64,000 nt of DNA from Myxococcales bacterium. GTDB lineage: Bacteria; Myxococcota_A; Polyangia; Polyangiales; DASUME01. Within the stretch, counting starts at the first letter, position 1, and the number at the start of each line of letters is the position of its first letter. This document shows positions 18,197 through 27,849 of the stretch, piece by piece. Under the pieces are notes generated by a model. It worked only from the letters and a program-made list of their open reading frames with translations. It was not told the origin of the DNA and ran no database searches. The stretch spans positions 4,864,001-4,928,000 of the forward strand of contig JASGJH010000001.1 in NCBI GenBank assembly GCA_047601445.1, given 5' to 3'. Position numbers and translations under genes: made by a program.

Positions 18197-19726
18197 TCAG
18201 GAACGCAGCTCGCGCTTCAGGATCTTGCCCGTGGCCGTCTTGGGCAACGACTCGCGGAACTCCACCTGGCGCGGGTACTTGTAGGCCGCAAGCTTCTCCT
18301 TGCAGTAGGCGATGATTTCCTCTGCGGTGGCCTTGTGACCCGGCTTGAGGGCCAGCACGGCCTTTACCTCTTCACCGTGACTCTCGTGCTTGACGCCGAT
18401 GACGGCAGCCTCGAGCACGGCGGGGTGCGCGTAGAGGAGCTCTTCGATCTCACGCGGGTACACGTTGAAGCCGCCGCGGATGATCATGTCCTTCTTGCGA
18501 TCGACGATGAAGTAGTAGCCATCCGCATCGCGGTGCGCGACGTCTCCGGTCGAGAACCAGCCCTCCTTGAGCACCTCTGCGGTGGCCTCGGGGCGCTTGT
18601 AGTAGCCCTTCATCACGTTGGGGCCCTTGATGCAGATCTCGCCGGGCACCATGGGCTCGGTGATGGTGGCGCCCTGTTCGTCGATTAGCTTGAACTCCAC
18701 GTAGCCGATCGGAACGCCGATGCTGCCGGCCTTCTTGGGCCGCCCCAGCAGGTTGAAGCTCGCCACCGGAGAGGTCTCGCTCAGGCCGTACCCCTCGAGC
18801 ACGTTCACGTTGTACTTCTGATCGAAGGCCTTCATGACCTCCACCGGCATCGCGGAGCCGCCGGAGAGGCAGTACTGCAAGCTCGTCAGGTCGTACTGCG
18901 AGGCCTCCGGGTAGTTCAGCAGCGCGAAGTACATCGTGGGCACGCCGGCAAACAGCGTGACCTTGTACTTGTGCATGAGCTCGAAGGCTTGCTTGGGCTC
19001 GAAGCGCGGCAAGAGCACGAGCGTGCCACCCACCCGCAGCGTGGCGTTGTGCACGCAAGTCTGACCGAAACTGTGGAACAGCGGCAGCACCGCGAGGGCG
19101 ACCGAGGTGTCCGTGGCGGGCGAGAGCGTCGTGGAGGCGTACTCGGCGTTGTAGAAGAGGTTGAAGTGAGAGAGCTCGGCGCCCTTGGGTCGCCCCGTGG
19201 TGCCGGACGTGTAGAGGATGACCGCGGTCTCGTCGGGGGCGGTGTCGGCGAGCTCCGTGCGCGGAGTGCCCGCCGCGATCAGGGCCGTCATGTTGTGCGC
19301 TCCCTCGGGCGCACTGATGTCCGTGGGGTTGGCCTTGACCACGATCAAGTGCTTGCAGGTGTCCACGCGCGCAAAGCCCGCCATGCCTGCTTCGAGGAAG
19401 CCCTCCCACACCACGAGCGCCACGGCGTCCGAGTCCTCGAGATGGTAGGCCACCTCGTCTCCCGTGAGCAGCACGTTGAGCGGCACCACAGGCGCGCCGA
19501 TGTAGTGAGCCGCGAAGTAGGCCACGGTGAACTGCGGCACGTTGGGCAGCATCAGCGCCACGTGCTGACCGCGCTTGATCCCGAGCTTCTCGAGCGAGCC
19601 GGCGAACTTCTGCACGTAGGCGTGGACGAGCTCGTACGGGAGCACCGTGTCCGCGACGATCAACGCCGGCTTCTTGGGAAACTTCTTGGCGCTTTCGCGC
19701 AGGAACGAGGCCAAATTCAGCGACAT
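18197..19726 (-). CDS. Long-chain fatty acid-CoA ligase
   Basis: AMP-binding YTSGTTGRPKG, EGYGLSE, TGD, DRKKDMI and PKTATGK; real start MSLNLAS at 19726. Confidence 0.92.
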   Translation of the reverse strand: MSLNLASFLRESAKKFPKKPALIVADTVLPYELVHAYVQKFAGSLEKLGIKRGQHVALMLPNVPQFTVAYFAAHYIGAPVVPLNVLLTGDEVAYHLEDSDAVALVVWEGFLEAGMAGFARVDTCKHLIVVKANPTDISAPEGAHNMTALIAAGTPRTELADTAPDETAVILYTSGTTGRPKGAELSHFNLFYNAEYASTTLSPATDTSVALAVLPLFHSFGQTCVHNATLRVGGTLVLLPRFEPKQAFELMHKYKVTLFAGVPTMYFALLNYPEASQYDLTSLQYCLSGGSAMPVEVMKAFDQKYNVNVLEGYGLSETSPVASFNLLGRPKKAGSIGVPIGYVEFKLIDEQGATITEPMVPGEICIKGPNVMKGYYKRPEATAEVLKEGWFSTGDVAHRDADGYYFIVDRKKDMIIRGGFNVYPREIEELLYAHPAVLEAAVIGVKHESHGEEVKAVLALKPGHKATAEEIIAYCKEKLAAYKYPRQVEFRESLPKTATGKILKRELRS

Positions 19727-19749
19727 GGTGAGTTCCCCTGGAGTGAGAT

Positions 19750-20565
19750 TCAGACAGCTTTTTCGCGACGACGCATTTGCTGGCGGGTCGCAGCACCCGC
19801 CAAGTCCACCATCAACGACGGCACGGCGCGCTTGGCCACTGCCATCAGCTTGGAATCGGCGCCCACGTAGACACGTCGCTTGTTGCGCTCGACGCCATCG
19901 AGGATGACGTTGGCAGCCTGGGCGGCCGAGGTGCGCGCGATGCGATCGAACATCTTGGCGTCGCCCTTGCTCGCCCCGCGCGAGTTGCGCACGATGTTCG
20001 TCTTGATGCCGCCGGGGTGCACGCAGGTGGTGCGGATGGCGCTGCCCTCGAGCTCCTGCATCAGCGTCTCCGACAGTCCGAGCACGCCGTACTTGGAGAT
20101 GTTGTAGGGCCCGTTCAAGGCGAACGGCACCATCGCGTTGATGCTCGAGATATTCACGATGTGACCCGCGCCGCGCTGGCGGAACAGGGGCAAGAACGAC
20201 TTCACGCCGTAGATCACGCCCCACAAGTTCACGTTGATCACGAACTCGAAGTCCTCGTAGGAGATCTCCTCCAGACTCGCGCGGGCCGTCACACCCGCGT
20301 TGTTGATGATGCCGTCGGCACCACCGTGCTGGCTCGACACCTCCTGCGCGTAGCGCTCCACCGAGGCGCGATCGCTCACATCGACCACGTGACTCGAGCG
20401 CTGCCCGGGGCCGCGCAGCATGCCGAGCGTCTCGGCGAGTCCAGCCTGGTCCACGTCGGAGAGGGCCACGTGGGCGCCGCGCTTGGCGAGTTCGACGGCG
20501 AGCGCGCGACCGATGCCCGAGGCAGCTCCCGTGACCGCGAACACCTTGCCAGCCAAACGAGTCAT
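19750..20565 (-). CDS. Short-chain dehydrogenase/reductase
   Basis: TGAASGIG, NNAG and YNISK (YxxxK). Confidence 0.92.
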   Translation of the reverse strand: MTRLAGKVFAVTGAASGIGRALAVELAKRGAHVALSDVDQAGLAETLGMLRGPGQRSSHVVDVSDRASVERYAQEVSSQHGGADGIINNAGVTARASLEEISYEDFEFVINVNLWGVIYGVKSFLPLFRQRGAGHIVNISSINAMVPFALNGPYNISKYGVLGLSETLMQELEGSAIRTTCVHPGGIKTNIVRNSRGASKGDAKMFDRIARTSAAQAANVILDGVERNKRRVYVGADSKLMAVAKRAVPSLMVDLAGAATRQQMRRREKAV

Positions 20566-21644
20566 GCGCTCTCTCTTGTCTTGGGACGGTTCGCGAGGGT
20601 CGCGAGGAAGTTGCGGGTCATGTCGGCCACTCCGATCAGCGCGGCCTCACAGGCGGGGCTCAGTCCGGTCATGTTGATGAAACCGTGAATGAGGTCCGGG
20701 ACACGGTGCAGGCGCGTGGTCACGCCGGCTTTTCGAAGCGCACTTTCGTACGCCTCCCCCTCGTCGCGCAAGGGGTCAAAGCCCGCCGTGACCACGAAGG
20801 CCGGGCTCAGGCCGCTCAGGTCCGGGGCGAAGATGGGCCCGAGGCGAGGATCCCGCGGGTTCGACCCGGGAGCGTAGGTCTTGTACGTGTAGTCGATGTC
20901 GCGCCGGCTGAGGAAAAAGCCCTCCGCGAACAGCTCGAGCGAGCGATAGGGATTGACGCGGTCGACCGCCGGATAGAGCAGCAACTGCAGCACGGGCAAG
21001 GGCTTCTGGTTTTGCTTGGCGAGCTGGCTGACCACGGCGGCCAGGTTGCCGCCCGCGCTGTCTCCGCCCACGAGGATCTGCGCGGGGTCCGCGCCCAGCG
21101 CGGCCGCGTTCTCGAGCGCCCAGAGGTAACCTGCGTAGGCATCCTCGAGCCCCGCCGGGAACGGGTGCTCCGGGGCCAAGCGGTACTCCACCGAGAGCAC
21201 GTGCACGCCCGCGTACTTCGCGAGGTAGCGACAGGGCTGATCGTGGGTGTCGAGGTCCCCGAACAAGAAGCCGCCGCCGTGGAAGAACACCAGCAGCGGT
21301 CGCACGCCGAGTTCGCTGGACACGTAGTGCCGCACGCGCATCGGCCCCGCAGCGCCGGGAATCTCGAACGTGCGCACGGGCCCCACCTGGAGCTTGGGAC
21401 CGGCGGAAAGGCGCGACTCACGGCGCATCATCGCGCGCGCGTGCTTTACGGACACCTCGTGCCAGGCCTTGCCACCGGTGACCGGCCGCAAGGCAAGCAT
21501 GAGCTGGAGGTCCGGGGATAGCGCGAGTCCGTCCACCAACCGGGTGTGGGCGGGCAACACCCGCTGCGAATAGGGAGAGAGGCGCGAGAGCAGTCCGCGC
21601 GCGCCCTCGAATTGCAGGCGCTCCGCCAGCGTGCGCTCAGCCAT
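20562..21644 (-). CDS. HSL-family alpha/beta-hydrolase (esterase)
   Basis: HGGG, YRLAPEH.FP, GDSAGG, DPLRDEG and HGF. Confidence 0.92.
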   Translation of the reverse strand: MAERTLAERLQFEGARGLLSRLSPYSQRVLPAHTRLVDGLALSPDLQLMLALRPVTGGKAWHEVSVKHARAMMRRESRLSAGPKLQVGPVRTFEIPGAAGPMRVRHYVSSELGVRPLLVFFHGGGFLFGDLDTHDQPCRYLAKYAGVHVLSVEYRLAPEHPFPAGLEDAYAGYLWALENAAALGADPAQILVGGDSAGGNLAAVVSQLAKQNQKPLPVLQLLLYPAVDRVNPYRSLELFAEGFFLSRRDIDYTYKTYAPGSNPRDPRLGPIFAPDLSGLSPAFVVTAGFDPLRDEGEAYESALRKAGVTTRLHRVPDLIHGFINMTGLSPACEAALIGVADMTRNFLATLANRPKTRESA

Positions 21645-23217
21645 GGTTCGCTCGCTTGGCCGGGCTCACACCTCGCGTGACGCGCGAGACCAACGGCAAC
21701 ACCCGACCCAGGCCGGAGCTACGCCCCTCCCGCGGTGCGCGCTTGGAGTCGCGCCGACGCGACAGGACGTACTCCTCGGGCCGGAAGCGAGCCTGCTGCA
21801 TGAACGAGAAGGTGAAGCTCGGCCAGAGCGTCGAGTTGCGTCCGGTCTGATCGAGGTACCAGCTCTGGCAACCTCCGGAGGTCCAGACCGTCCCCTTCAT
21901 GTCGCGGTCCACTGCATCCACGAACTTCTGCTGCGCTTCGGGACGCACTTCCACCAGCTCCTGATGGTTTTGCTTCATGTGCTGGACGGCCTCGATGATC
22001 AGCCGCAGTTGCGCTTCGATCATCAGCACCACCGAGGTGTGACCGAGACCCGTGTTGGGGCCCAGCACCACGAACAGATTCGGGAACCCCTTCACCGTGG
22101 TGCCCAGGTGCGCCTGAGGACTGCCCTGCCAGGTCTCGTTCAAGGAGCGTCCGTCGCGGCCGTAGACGGTGCTGGCAAAGGGCATCTCGGTGACCTGGAA
22201 ACCCGTGCCGTAGATGATGGCGTCCACCGGATGCTCGATGCCGTCGGCCGTGACCACCGAGTGCTCGCGAACCTCGACGATGCCGTCGGTGACGACCTCG
22301 ACGTTGGGGTTGGTGAGCGAGCGCAGGTAGTCGCGCGAGATGAGGATGCGCTTGCAGCCGATGCGGAAGTCGGGCGTGAGCTTCTTGCGCAGCACCGGGT
22401 CGGGCACGGAGCGCTCCAGGTAGCTGAGGGCGAACTTCTCGAGCCAGCCGAAGACCTTCGGGTTACGCAGCCCGAGCACGAAGGCCTCGCGACGCGCGTA
22501 GATGGCCTTGCGCATGGCTTGCTGCGCCGCCGGGAACTTGCGGAAGAGCTCCTTCTCGGTCTCGGTCACGGCGCGGTCGAGGCGCGGCAGGACCCAGGCG
22601 GGAGTGCGCTGGAACAGGGTGAGCTTCGCGACCTGCTTCTGAATCTCGGGCACGAACTGAATCGCCGAAGCTCCCGTGCCGATGACGGCCACGCGCTTGC
22701 CCTTGAGGTCGTAGGAGTGGTCCCAGCGCGCCGAGTGGAACTGCTTGCCCTGGAAGGTCTCGAGCCCCTTGAGCTTGGGGATGGAAGGCTCACAAAGCGC
22801 GCCCATGCCGCTGATGAGGATGTCTGCGGTGTACTCGCCGTGCGAGGTCTGCACGCGCCAGACTTGGTCCTTGTCGTCCCAGCGCGAGCTGTGAATCTCG
22901 TGGCCGAAGCGGATGTGCGGGAGGATGCCGTAGTCGTGGGCGCACTTGCGGAGGTAGGCGTAGATCTCCGGCTGCGGCGAGAACAGACGCGACCACTCGG
23001 GGTTGGGGGCGAACGAGAAGGAGTACAGATGGGACTCCACGTCGCACGCGCAGCCCGGATAGGAGTTGTCGCGCCAGGTGCCGCCGACGTCGGCCGCGCG
23101 CTCGAGGATCATGAAGTCGTCGATGCCGGCTTGCTTGAGCAGAATGGCGGCGCCGAGTCCGGCGAAACCGGTGCCGGCGATCCCGATGTGCACGTGCCTG
23201 GTCGCGTCGTAGGTCAC
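21637..23217 (-). CDS. Baeyer-Villiger-type flavin monooxygenase
   Basis: GTGFAG, GGTWRDNSYPG, FQGKQFHSARWD fingerprint and GTGASA; RBS AAGGAG before GTG 23217. Confidence 0.9.
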   Translation of the reverse strand: MTYDATRHVHIGIAGTGFAGLGAAILLKQAGIDDFMILERAADVGGTWRDNSYPGCACDVESHLYSFSFAPNPEWSRLFSPQPEIYAYLRKCAHDYGILPHIRFGHEIHSSRWDDKDQVWRVQTSHGEYTADILISGMGALCEPSIPKLKGLETFQGKQFHSARWDHSYDLKGKRVAVIGTGASAIQFVPEIQKQVAKLTLFQRTPAWVLPRLDRAVTETEKELFRKFPAAQQAMRKAIYARREAFVLGLRNPKVFGWLEKFALSYLERSVPDPVLRKKLTPDFRIGCKRILISRDYLRSLTNPNVEVVTDGIVEVREHSVVTADGIEHPVDAIIYGTGFQVTEMPFASTVYGRDGRSLNETWQGSPQAHLGTTVKGFPNLFVVLGPNTGLGHTSVVLMIEAQLRLIIEAVQHMKQNHQELVEVRPEAQQKFVDAVDRDMKGTVWTSGGCQSWYLDQTGRNSTLWPSFTFSFMQQARFRPEEYVLSRRRDSKRAPREGRSSGLGRVLPLVSRVTRGVSPAKRANHG

Positions 23218-23253
23218 TGGAGAACTCCTTGGGCTGCCAGGCGTTCGCGGTGC

Positions 23254-23442
23254 GGTACGGCCTGGTACCAACGCATCATGGTACCAACTCGTACCAAGAT
23301 CAAGAGCCTTCTGCACACATCGACGCCTATGGAATTTTAGTAAATAATTTCATGAATTTGACACAATCAGACAATGATCGTTGTCAGAAATGTCAGGGTT
23401 GACTTGAGGCGATTGACGTGCAGTATGGTACGTAGAAGTACC
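23254..23442. promoter_or_regulatory. Three GGTAC-N6-GTACC palindromes, predicted TetR operators
   Basis: Copies at 23254-23269, 23280-23295 and 23427-23442 in the divergent BVMO/tetR intergenic region. Confidence 0.7.
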
Positions 23443-23444
23443 TG

Positions 23445-24119
23445 ATGGCCGCTCCTAGCTCCACGCGCCCACCGAGCGCTCCGATCGTTCCGTTGGTCGA
23501 CCCGACCGCGGAGCAGGATCATCGCACTCGCCTGATCCACGCGATGGTCGCCGCGGCCACCGAGCGCGGCTACGCCGACGCCACCATCGCCGACGTGGTC
23601 CGCCATGCCCACGTCTCCAAGCGCACGTTCTACGAGCACTTTCCGGACAAAGAGTCGTGCTTCCTCGCCGCCTACCTCGCCGTGGCCGCCGAGCTGCTCG
23701 CGCGGATCGCCACCGCATCGGCGCAGGAGACCGGGATCGAAGAGCGCATCGTGGCCGCCGCCAGGGCCTACTTCGCGGCCCTCGAGGAGCGTCCGCAACT
23801 CACGCGCACGTTCCTCTCGGACATTCACGCGGCGGGCCCCAAGGCGTTGGAACTGCGTCGGCGTATTCATCAGCAATTCGCGGACACGCTGCGCCACTTG
23901 GTGGACGCCGAGCGCGTGCACCTGCCGGGTGTGCGGCCGCTCTCGCGTGAGATGGCCACCGCCATCGTCGGCGGCATCAACGAGCTGATCCTGCTGGCCT
24001 TCGACGAAGGCCGCGGTGAGCGCCTGCATGAGGTGGCGGACGCCGCCATTCAGCTGGTCTTCGCGGTGCTCAAGACCTTGCCCGAAGACGCGAATCCGCG
24101 GCTGCCCATCCCGAGGTAG
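23445..24119 (+). CDS. TetR/AcrR family regulator
   Basis: HTH TIADVVRHAHVSKRTFYEHFPDKE. Confidence 0.92.
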   Translation: MAAPSSTRPPSAPIVPLVDPTAEQDHRTRLIHAMVAAATERGYADATIADVVRHAHVSKRTFYEHFPDKESCFLAAYLAVAAELLARIATASAQETGIEERIVAAARAYFAALEERPQLTRTFLSDIHAAGPKALELRRRIHQQFADTLRHLVDAERVHLPGVRPLSREMATAIVGGINELILLAFDEGRGERLHEVADAAIQLVFAVLKTLPEDANPRLPIPR

Positions 24120-24127
24120 TCGACCAG

Positions 24128-24172
24128 CGGCGAGCGGTTGGCCGGCGAGCGGTTGGCCGGCGAGCGGATGGC
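24128..24172. repeat. 15-nt tandem repeat, 3 copies (CGGCGAGCGGTTGGC)
   Basis: Units at 24128, 24143 and 24158 (last with one mismatch), between convergent genes. Confidence 0.75.
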
Positions 24173-24202
24173 TGCTCGCGGATGGCCGATGGCGGCAAGG
24201 CT

Positions 24203-24736
24203 CTAAAGAACGTTCAACAAGCGCTTGGAGATTTCGAAGCGGCCCGCGGAACGCGCCGCGCGGGACGATTCGGATGACGTCGCGTGCACTTCCACCACGA
24301 TTTTGCCGGGCTCGCTTCCAGCTTCCACGAACTTCACCAGCAGCCCTTCGGGCAGGCGCGCGCCGTCTGCGCCGTCTGTGCTGCTCGACACGGCCTCGCC
24401 GTCTTGCACCACCACATCGTCCTTGAGCTTGGCCCAGCGGAACGAGCGGGCCTGGCTGAGCGGCAGCCGAAGCTCCTCCACCGCAATGGTCCGTGCGTCC
24501 GAGAGCTCGTCGAGGTGAGTCACCTCCCCTACCTTGTTCGCGCGCCCGGAGTCCACCACGTAGAAGCTCAGTAGAAAGCGCTCGCCCTGCTTGCGGATCA
24601 GCGCCAACCCGCCGTCCGCCGAGCGTGCGTAGAACGGCGGCAAGAGCTCGCCTGACTCCCGCGCTAGGTCGTATTTCCCCAGCAGTTCTGCTTCGCTGGC
24701 GATGCTCAGAACCGAGTCGGATGCGTGTTTGGCCAT
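24203..24736 (-). CDS. Hypothetical protein
   Basis: 177-aa ORF with normal composition and an upstream AGGAG; no motif recognised. Confidence 0.55.
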   Translation of the reverse strand: MAKHASDSVLSIASEAELLGKYDLARESGELLPPFYARSADGGLALIRKQGERFLLSFYVVDSGRANKVGEVTHLDELSDARTIAVEELRLPLSQARSFRWAKLKDDVVVQDGEAVSSSTDGADGARLPEGLLVKFVEAGSEPGKIVVEVHATSSESSRAARSAGRFEISKRLLNVL

Positions 24737-24865
24737 CTGGCACTGCTCCTAGGGTCGGCCCAGCTCGCGGGGAAAGCCCCGAGACAAAGAGCCTCTTCTG
24801 CTCCGTTAACATCGCTGGGCGCGAGGGATTCCTTCCCTCGCACGCTCACGCACGAGAAATCGGCG

Positions 24866-26929
24866 TCAGCTGCCGCCGAGGAGCTGCGCCGCGAGCTGGG
24901 CCACGTCCTCGGGCAGCTCCTTGTTCTGCGTGAGCGGTTCGAGCAGGGGTTTGAGCTCCGCCTGAGGCAAGCCGAGGTTACCGAGCTGCCCGAGCGCCTC
25001 GCGAAGCGACATGCTGTCAGCGCTGCGCACCGCGCTGATGAGGATTTGCTTGCTCGACTCGGGGGGCAACATGCCGACGATCTGCACGGCTGCGAGTCGA
25101 GCCTGGGAATTGTTGCCCTGCGCGAGCGCTTCGGCGATGGGGCGGGCACGGTTCGGGTCCGCGTTGGCCAGCACCTGCAGCGCCTGGCCCGAGACATCGT
25201 TGCCCGCGCGAGCCATCTCCTCGATACGCGAAAGCGCCTTCGGCGAAGCCAGGTTCGAGAGGGCGTAAGTGGCCTGGATGGCGACGTTGGCATCGCTGTC
25301 GCGGGTGGCGTCGAGTAGCACAGCCTCGGTGTCCGAATGACCTCCCTCGAGGAAGGCCCCCACCGCATGGGCGCGTACTTCGGGGCTCTCGTCTTTCAGG
25401 GCGCGCTGCAGGTACTCGTGCGCGCTGGGATCACCGCTCTGAACCAGGGCACCGAGAGCACTGGCGCGCTGCGTGGGAGTGCCACCGCTCCTTGCGAGCT
25501 CCTGCAGGACCGCGATGTTTTCGGGGTCCTTCCGCTGACCGAGCCAGTTGAGCGCCTGCTGCGAGAGCTGCGGATCGGAACCGCGCGCGGCCACCAGCAA
25601 CGCAGCCTGGGCCTCGGGGGAGTCGTCGCCACCGATGAGCTCGATGAGCTGCTGGCCACGCGCGCCCGGGCCCGCCTTGAGCTGAGCCAGCGCCATGCGT
25701 CGCGCCACGTCCATCCCGCCGGGCATGCCGGAGAGCACCTGCAGGGCCGCCTGGCCAGCTTGGTTGGAGCCGGAAGCGAGCTCCTCGATGGTCCTGCGCG
25801 CAGTGTCACCGCCGATGCGCCCTAACGCGTGCACGACGTTCCAAGTGAACGGGCCTCCACGCTTAGCCAGCTCGGCCAACGCGGGCACCGCGGAGTCGAT
25901 GCCGTGGTTGCCGAAGTATTCGACCGCCATGGTCACCTGGTTGGTGTTCGCGCTGCCGAGCGCGCTGGTCATGAGCGCGGTGATGGCGGGAGTCTCGCGC
26001 TGCGCCAGGGCCTGCAGCGCGGACATGGCGACCTGGGGACCGTAGTCTCCTTGAGCAGCTTCGAGCAAAACTTCGGAGGCGTCTTCGCTGTCGCTCCGCG
26101 CAAGGGACTGACAAGCGACGGCCGCCAAGCTCGGGTCGTCGCGAACGACCCCGATCAGGACGGCCTCGGCGCGCGCTCCCCCCAGCTCTCCCAGCGCGTT
26201 GATCGCCACGTACTGCAGCCTGCGAGGCCCGCTCTGCACGTAGCCCGACAAGAGACTCACCGCGCGCGGATCGTGAGTGGAGCCCAGAATGTTCAGCAAT
26301 TGATCGCGCAAGTTGGGGTTGGCGTTCTCGATGCCTTCCATGATGAGCGCGAAGGCCCTGGCGTCGCCCTCTACGGCCAGCGCGCGCAGCGCCGCGATGC
26401 GTATGTGCTCCGGTCCCGAACGAGCGGCGTCGATGACGGCGTCGCGCGCGCTCGTCGCCTCGAACTGCATGAGCGCGGTGAGGGCAACCTCGGCGATGCC
26501 CGAGAAGGAGTCGTCGATCAGCGCCGTAAGCGGCGCGATGGCGTCCTCGGCCTGGGTATCTCCGAGCGCGATGGTGGCGCACATGCGCACGTCGATCATG
26601 TGCTCGGGCTCGGCGTAACTCGCGATGTGATCCACGGCCACCGAGTCCACGCTGGGGCTACGCGCCAACCGCTTGAGCGCTGCACAGCGCGACTCGGGGC
26701 TGCGCGCGTGATCGACTGCCGCGCTCAAGCGAGCCAAATCAGAGCGCCCGTTTCCCGAGCGCTCCCCGAACCAGGAGGCCGCGGCGTCGCTGCCCACGGC
26801 ATCGCCGGGTGGGGCGTCCTTGCGCAACACGGCGCTCGCCGACGGCGCCCTCAACATCAGCGTGGCACACGCGCCAAGTGCCCCGAGCGCCACGGTTTTC
26901 CAGATCCTCAGCGCGGTACGGTCGTGCAT
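24866..26929 (-). CDS. HEAT/PBS-lyase repeat protein with an N-terminal signal or anchor
   Basis: Repeated VR..A..ALG / L...L.D....VR..A units along 687 aa; hydrophobic N-terminus. Confidence 0.85.
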   Translation of the reverse strand: MHDRTALRIWKTVALGALGACATLMLRAPSASAVLRKDAPPGDAVGSDAAASWFGERSGNGRSDLARLSAAVDHARSPESRCAALKRLARSPSVDSVAVDHIASYAEPEHMIDVRMCATIALGDTQAEDAIAPLTALIDDSFSGIAEVALTALMQFEATSARDAVIDAARSGPEHIRIAALRALAVEGDARAFALIMEGIENANPNLRDQLLNILGSTHDPRAVSLLSGYVQSGPRRLQYVAINALGELGGARAEAVLIGVVRDDPSLAAVACQSLARSDSEDASEVLLEAAQGDYGPQVAMSALQALAQRETPAITALMTSALGSANTNQVTMAVEYFGNHGIDSAVPALAELAKRGGPFTWNVVHALGRIGGDTARRTIEELASGSNQAGQAALQVLSGMPGGMDVARRMALAQLKAGPGARGQQLIELIGGDDSPEAQAALLVAARGSDPQLSQQALNWLGQRKDPENIAVLQELARSGGTPTQRASALGALVQSGDPSAHEYLQRALKDESPEVRAHAVGAFLEGGHSDTEAVLLDATRDSDANVAIQATYALSNLASPKALSRIEEMARAGNDVSGQALQVLANADPNRARPIAEALAQGNNSQARLAAVQIVGMLPPESSKQILISAVRSADSMSLREALGQLGNLGLPQAELKPLLEPLTQNKELPEDVAQLAAQLLGGS

Positions 26930-27186
26930 GGCGAGCCTCTCCTCGGGCCGCGCGGGACCCGGTGAGAGTACAGACTGTCGAGCGCGCCGAAAGTTTCACG
27001 GCTCACCCGCTTGCGATTTCAAGCGGGGAGGTCACACGACCTCCCCGCCCGGCGCGGCAAAGCCGCGACGACCCACCCACCGCGGGGTTCGCTCCGCTCA
27101 CGGCGCCGGGGTCCACCCATCACGAGGGTCGCTCCGCTCAGGGGTGTGCCCGGCGACGCCCCCCGCAAGCGCCTCGTACGCTGGCC

Positions 27187-27837
27187 TCAGCGTTTGGCGA
27201 TGGAGCACACGAGGCGCACCTCGCGCCGCGTCTTGCGGCGATGCTGGATGGCCACCCCCAGGTCGGCCTCCTCGGAGACACCTCGGGCGCGCATGGCCCC
27301 GGGCGCCCCGCCCAACGTCACCATGTACTCCTGAGGCTCGTGCTGCCGCAGCTCTTGCGCGCAGTGCACGCCCAGGAGCGGCACATCGAGGGCCTGCGCG
27401 ATGGCCTTGCACTTCTCCATGGCGCGCTGCGTCGCGCGCGCCAGCAGGCGTGCTTCGGTGGCTTCGTCGTCCGGATAACGCCAGGTGAGTCGGTCCAGGC
27501 TCGCCTGTGTCGCCGCAGCCACCGCCCCCAGCACCCCTGGCAGACGCTCGAGATCCTCCACGCGGACGCGCAGCTGGTAGAACGCCGAGGAGCTCTTGCC
27601 CAGGAACCCGCTGCGTACCTCGGCGCGCACCGACTCGAGATCGATGGAGCTCTCCGGGATGCCCAACTGCACCAGCGCCTGCACCAAGCTCGAGACTTCC
27701 TTGGCCTTGCTCAGCGCCGCTCGCCCCGTGAAGGTGGAGCTGCCGTGGATGGACACGAACACATCCACCTGATGCGCTGTTAGATCCTCCTCGTAGTCAC
27801 CGACGACTTCGAGGGTACTCCGCTGAGATTCGTCCAT
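27187..27837 (-). CDS. SIMPL (DUF541)-like protein
   Basis: Pattern V.G...., L..LGI....I, A...A..KC..IA.AL...LG and final V...C; recognised from fold pattern only. Confidence 0.6.
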   Translation of the reverse strand: MDESQRSTLEVVGDYEEDLTAHQVDVFVSIHGSSTFTGRAALSKAKEVSSLVQALVQLGIPESSIDLESVRAEVRSGFLGKSSSAFYQLRVRVEDLERLPGVLGAVAAATQASLDRLTWRYPDDEATEARLLARATQRAMEKCKAIAQALDVPLLGVHCAQELRQHEPQEYMVTLGGAPGAMRARGVSEEADLGVAIQHRRKTRREVRLVCSIAKR

Positions 27838-27849
27838 GCTTGCTCCCGC

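Noticed and set aside
19727..20224. N-terminal extension of the acyl-CoA ligase (675-aa ORF)
   Set aside because: It overlaps the SDR gene in another frame and reads as shadow sequence; ligase homology starts at MSLNLAS.
21631..23340. Long antisense ORFs (also 5341-6633, 28660-30354, 32555-34141, 37516-38817, 48745-50262)
   Set aside because: They mirror well-supported genes on the other strand, as expected from high-GC codon bias, and carry no motifs.
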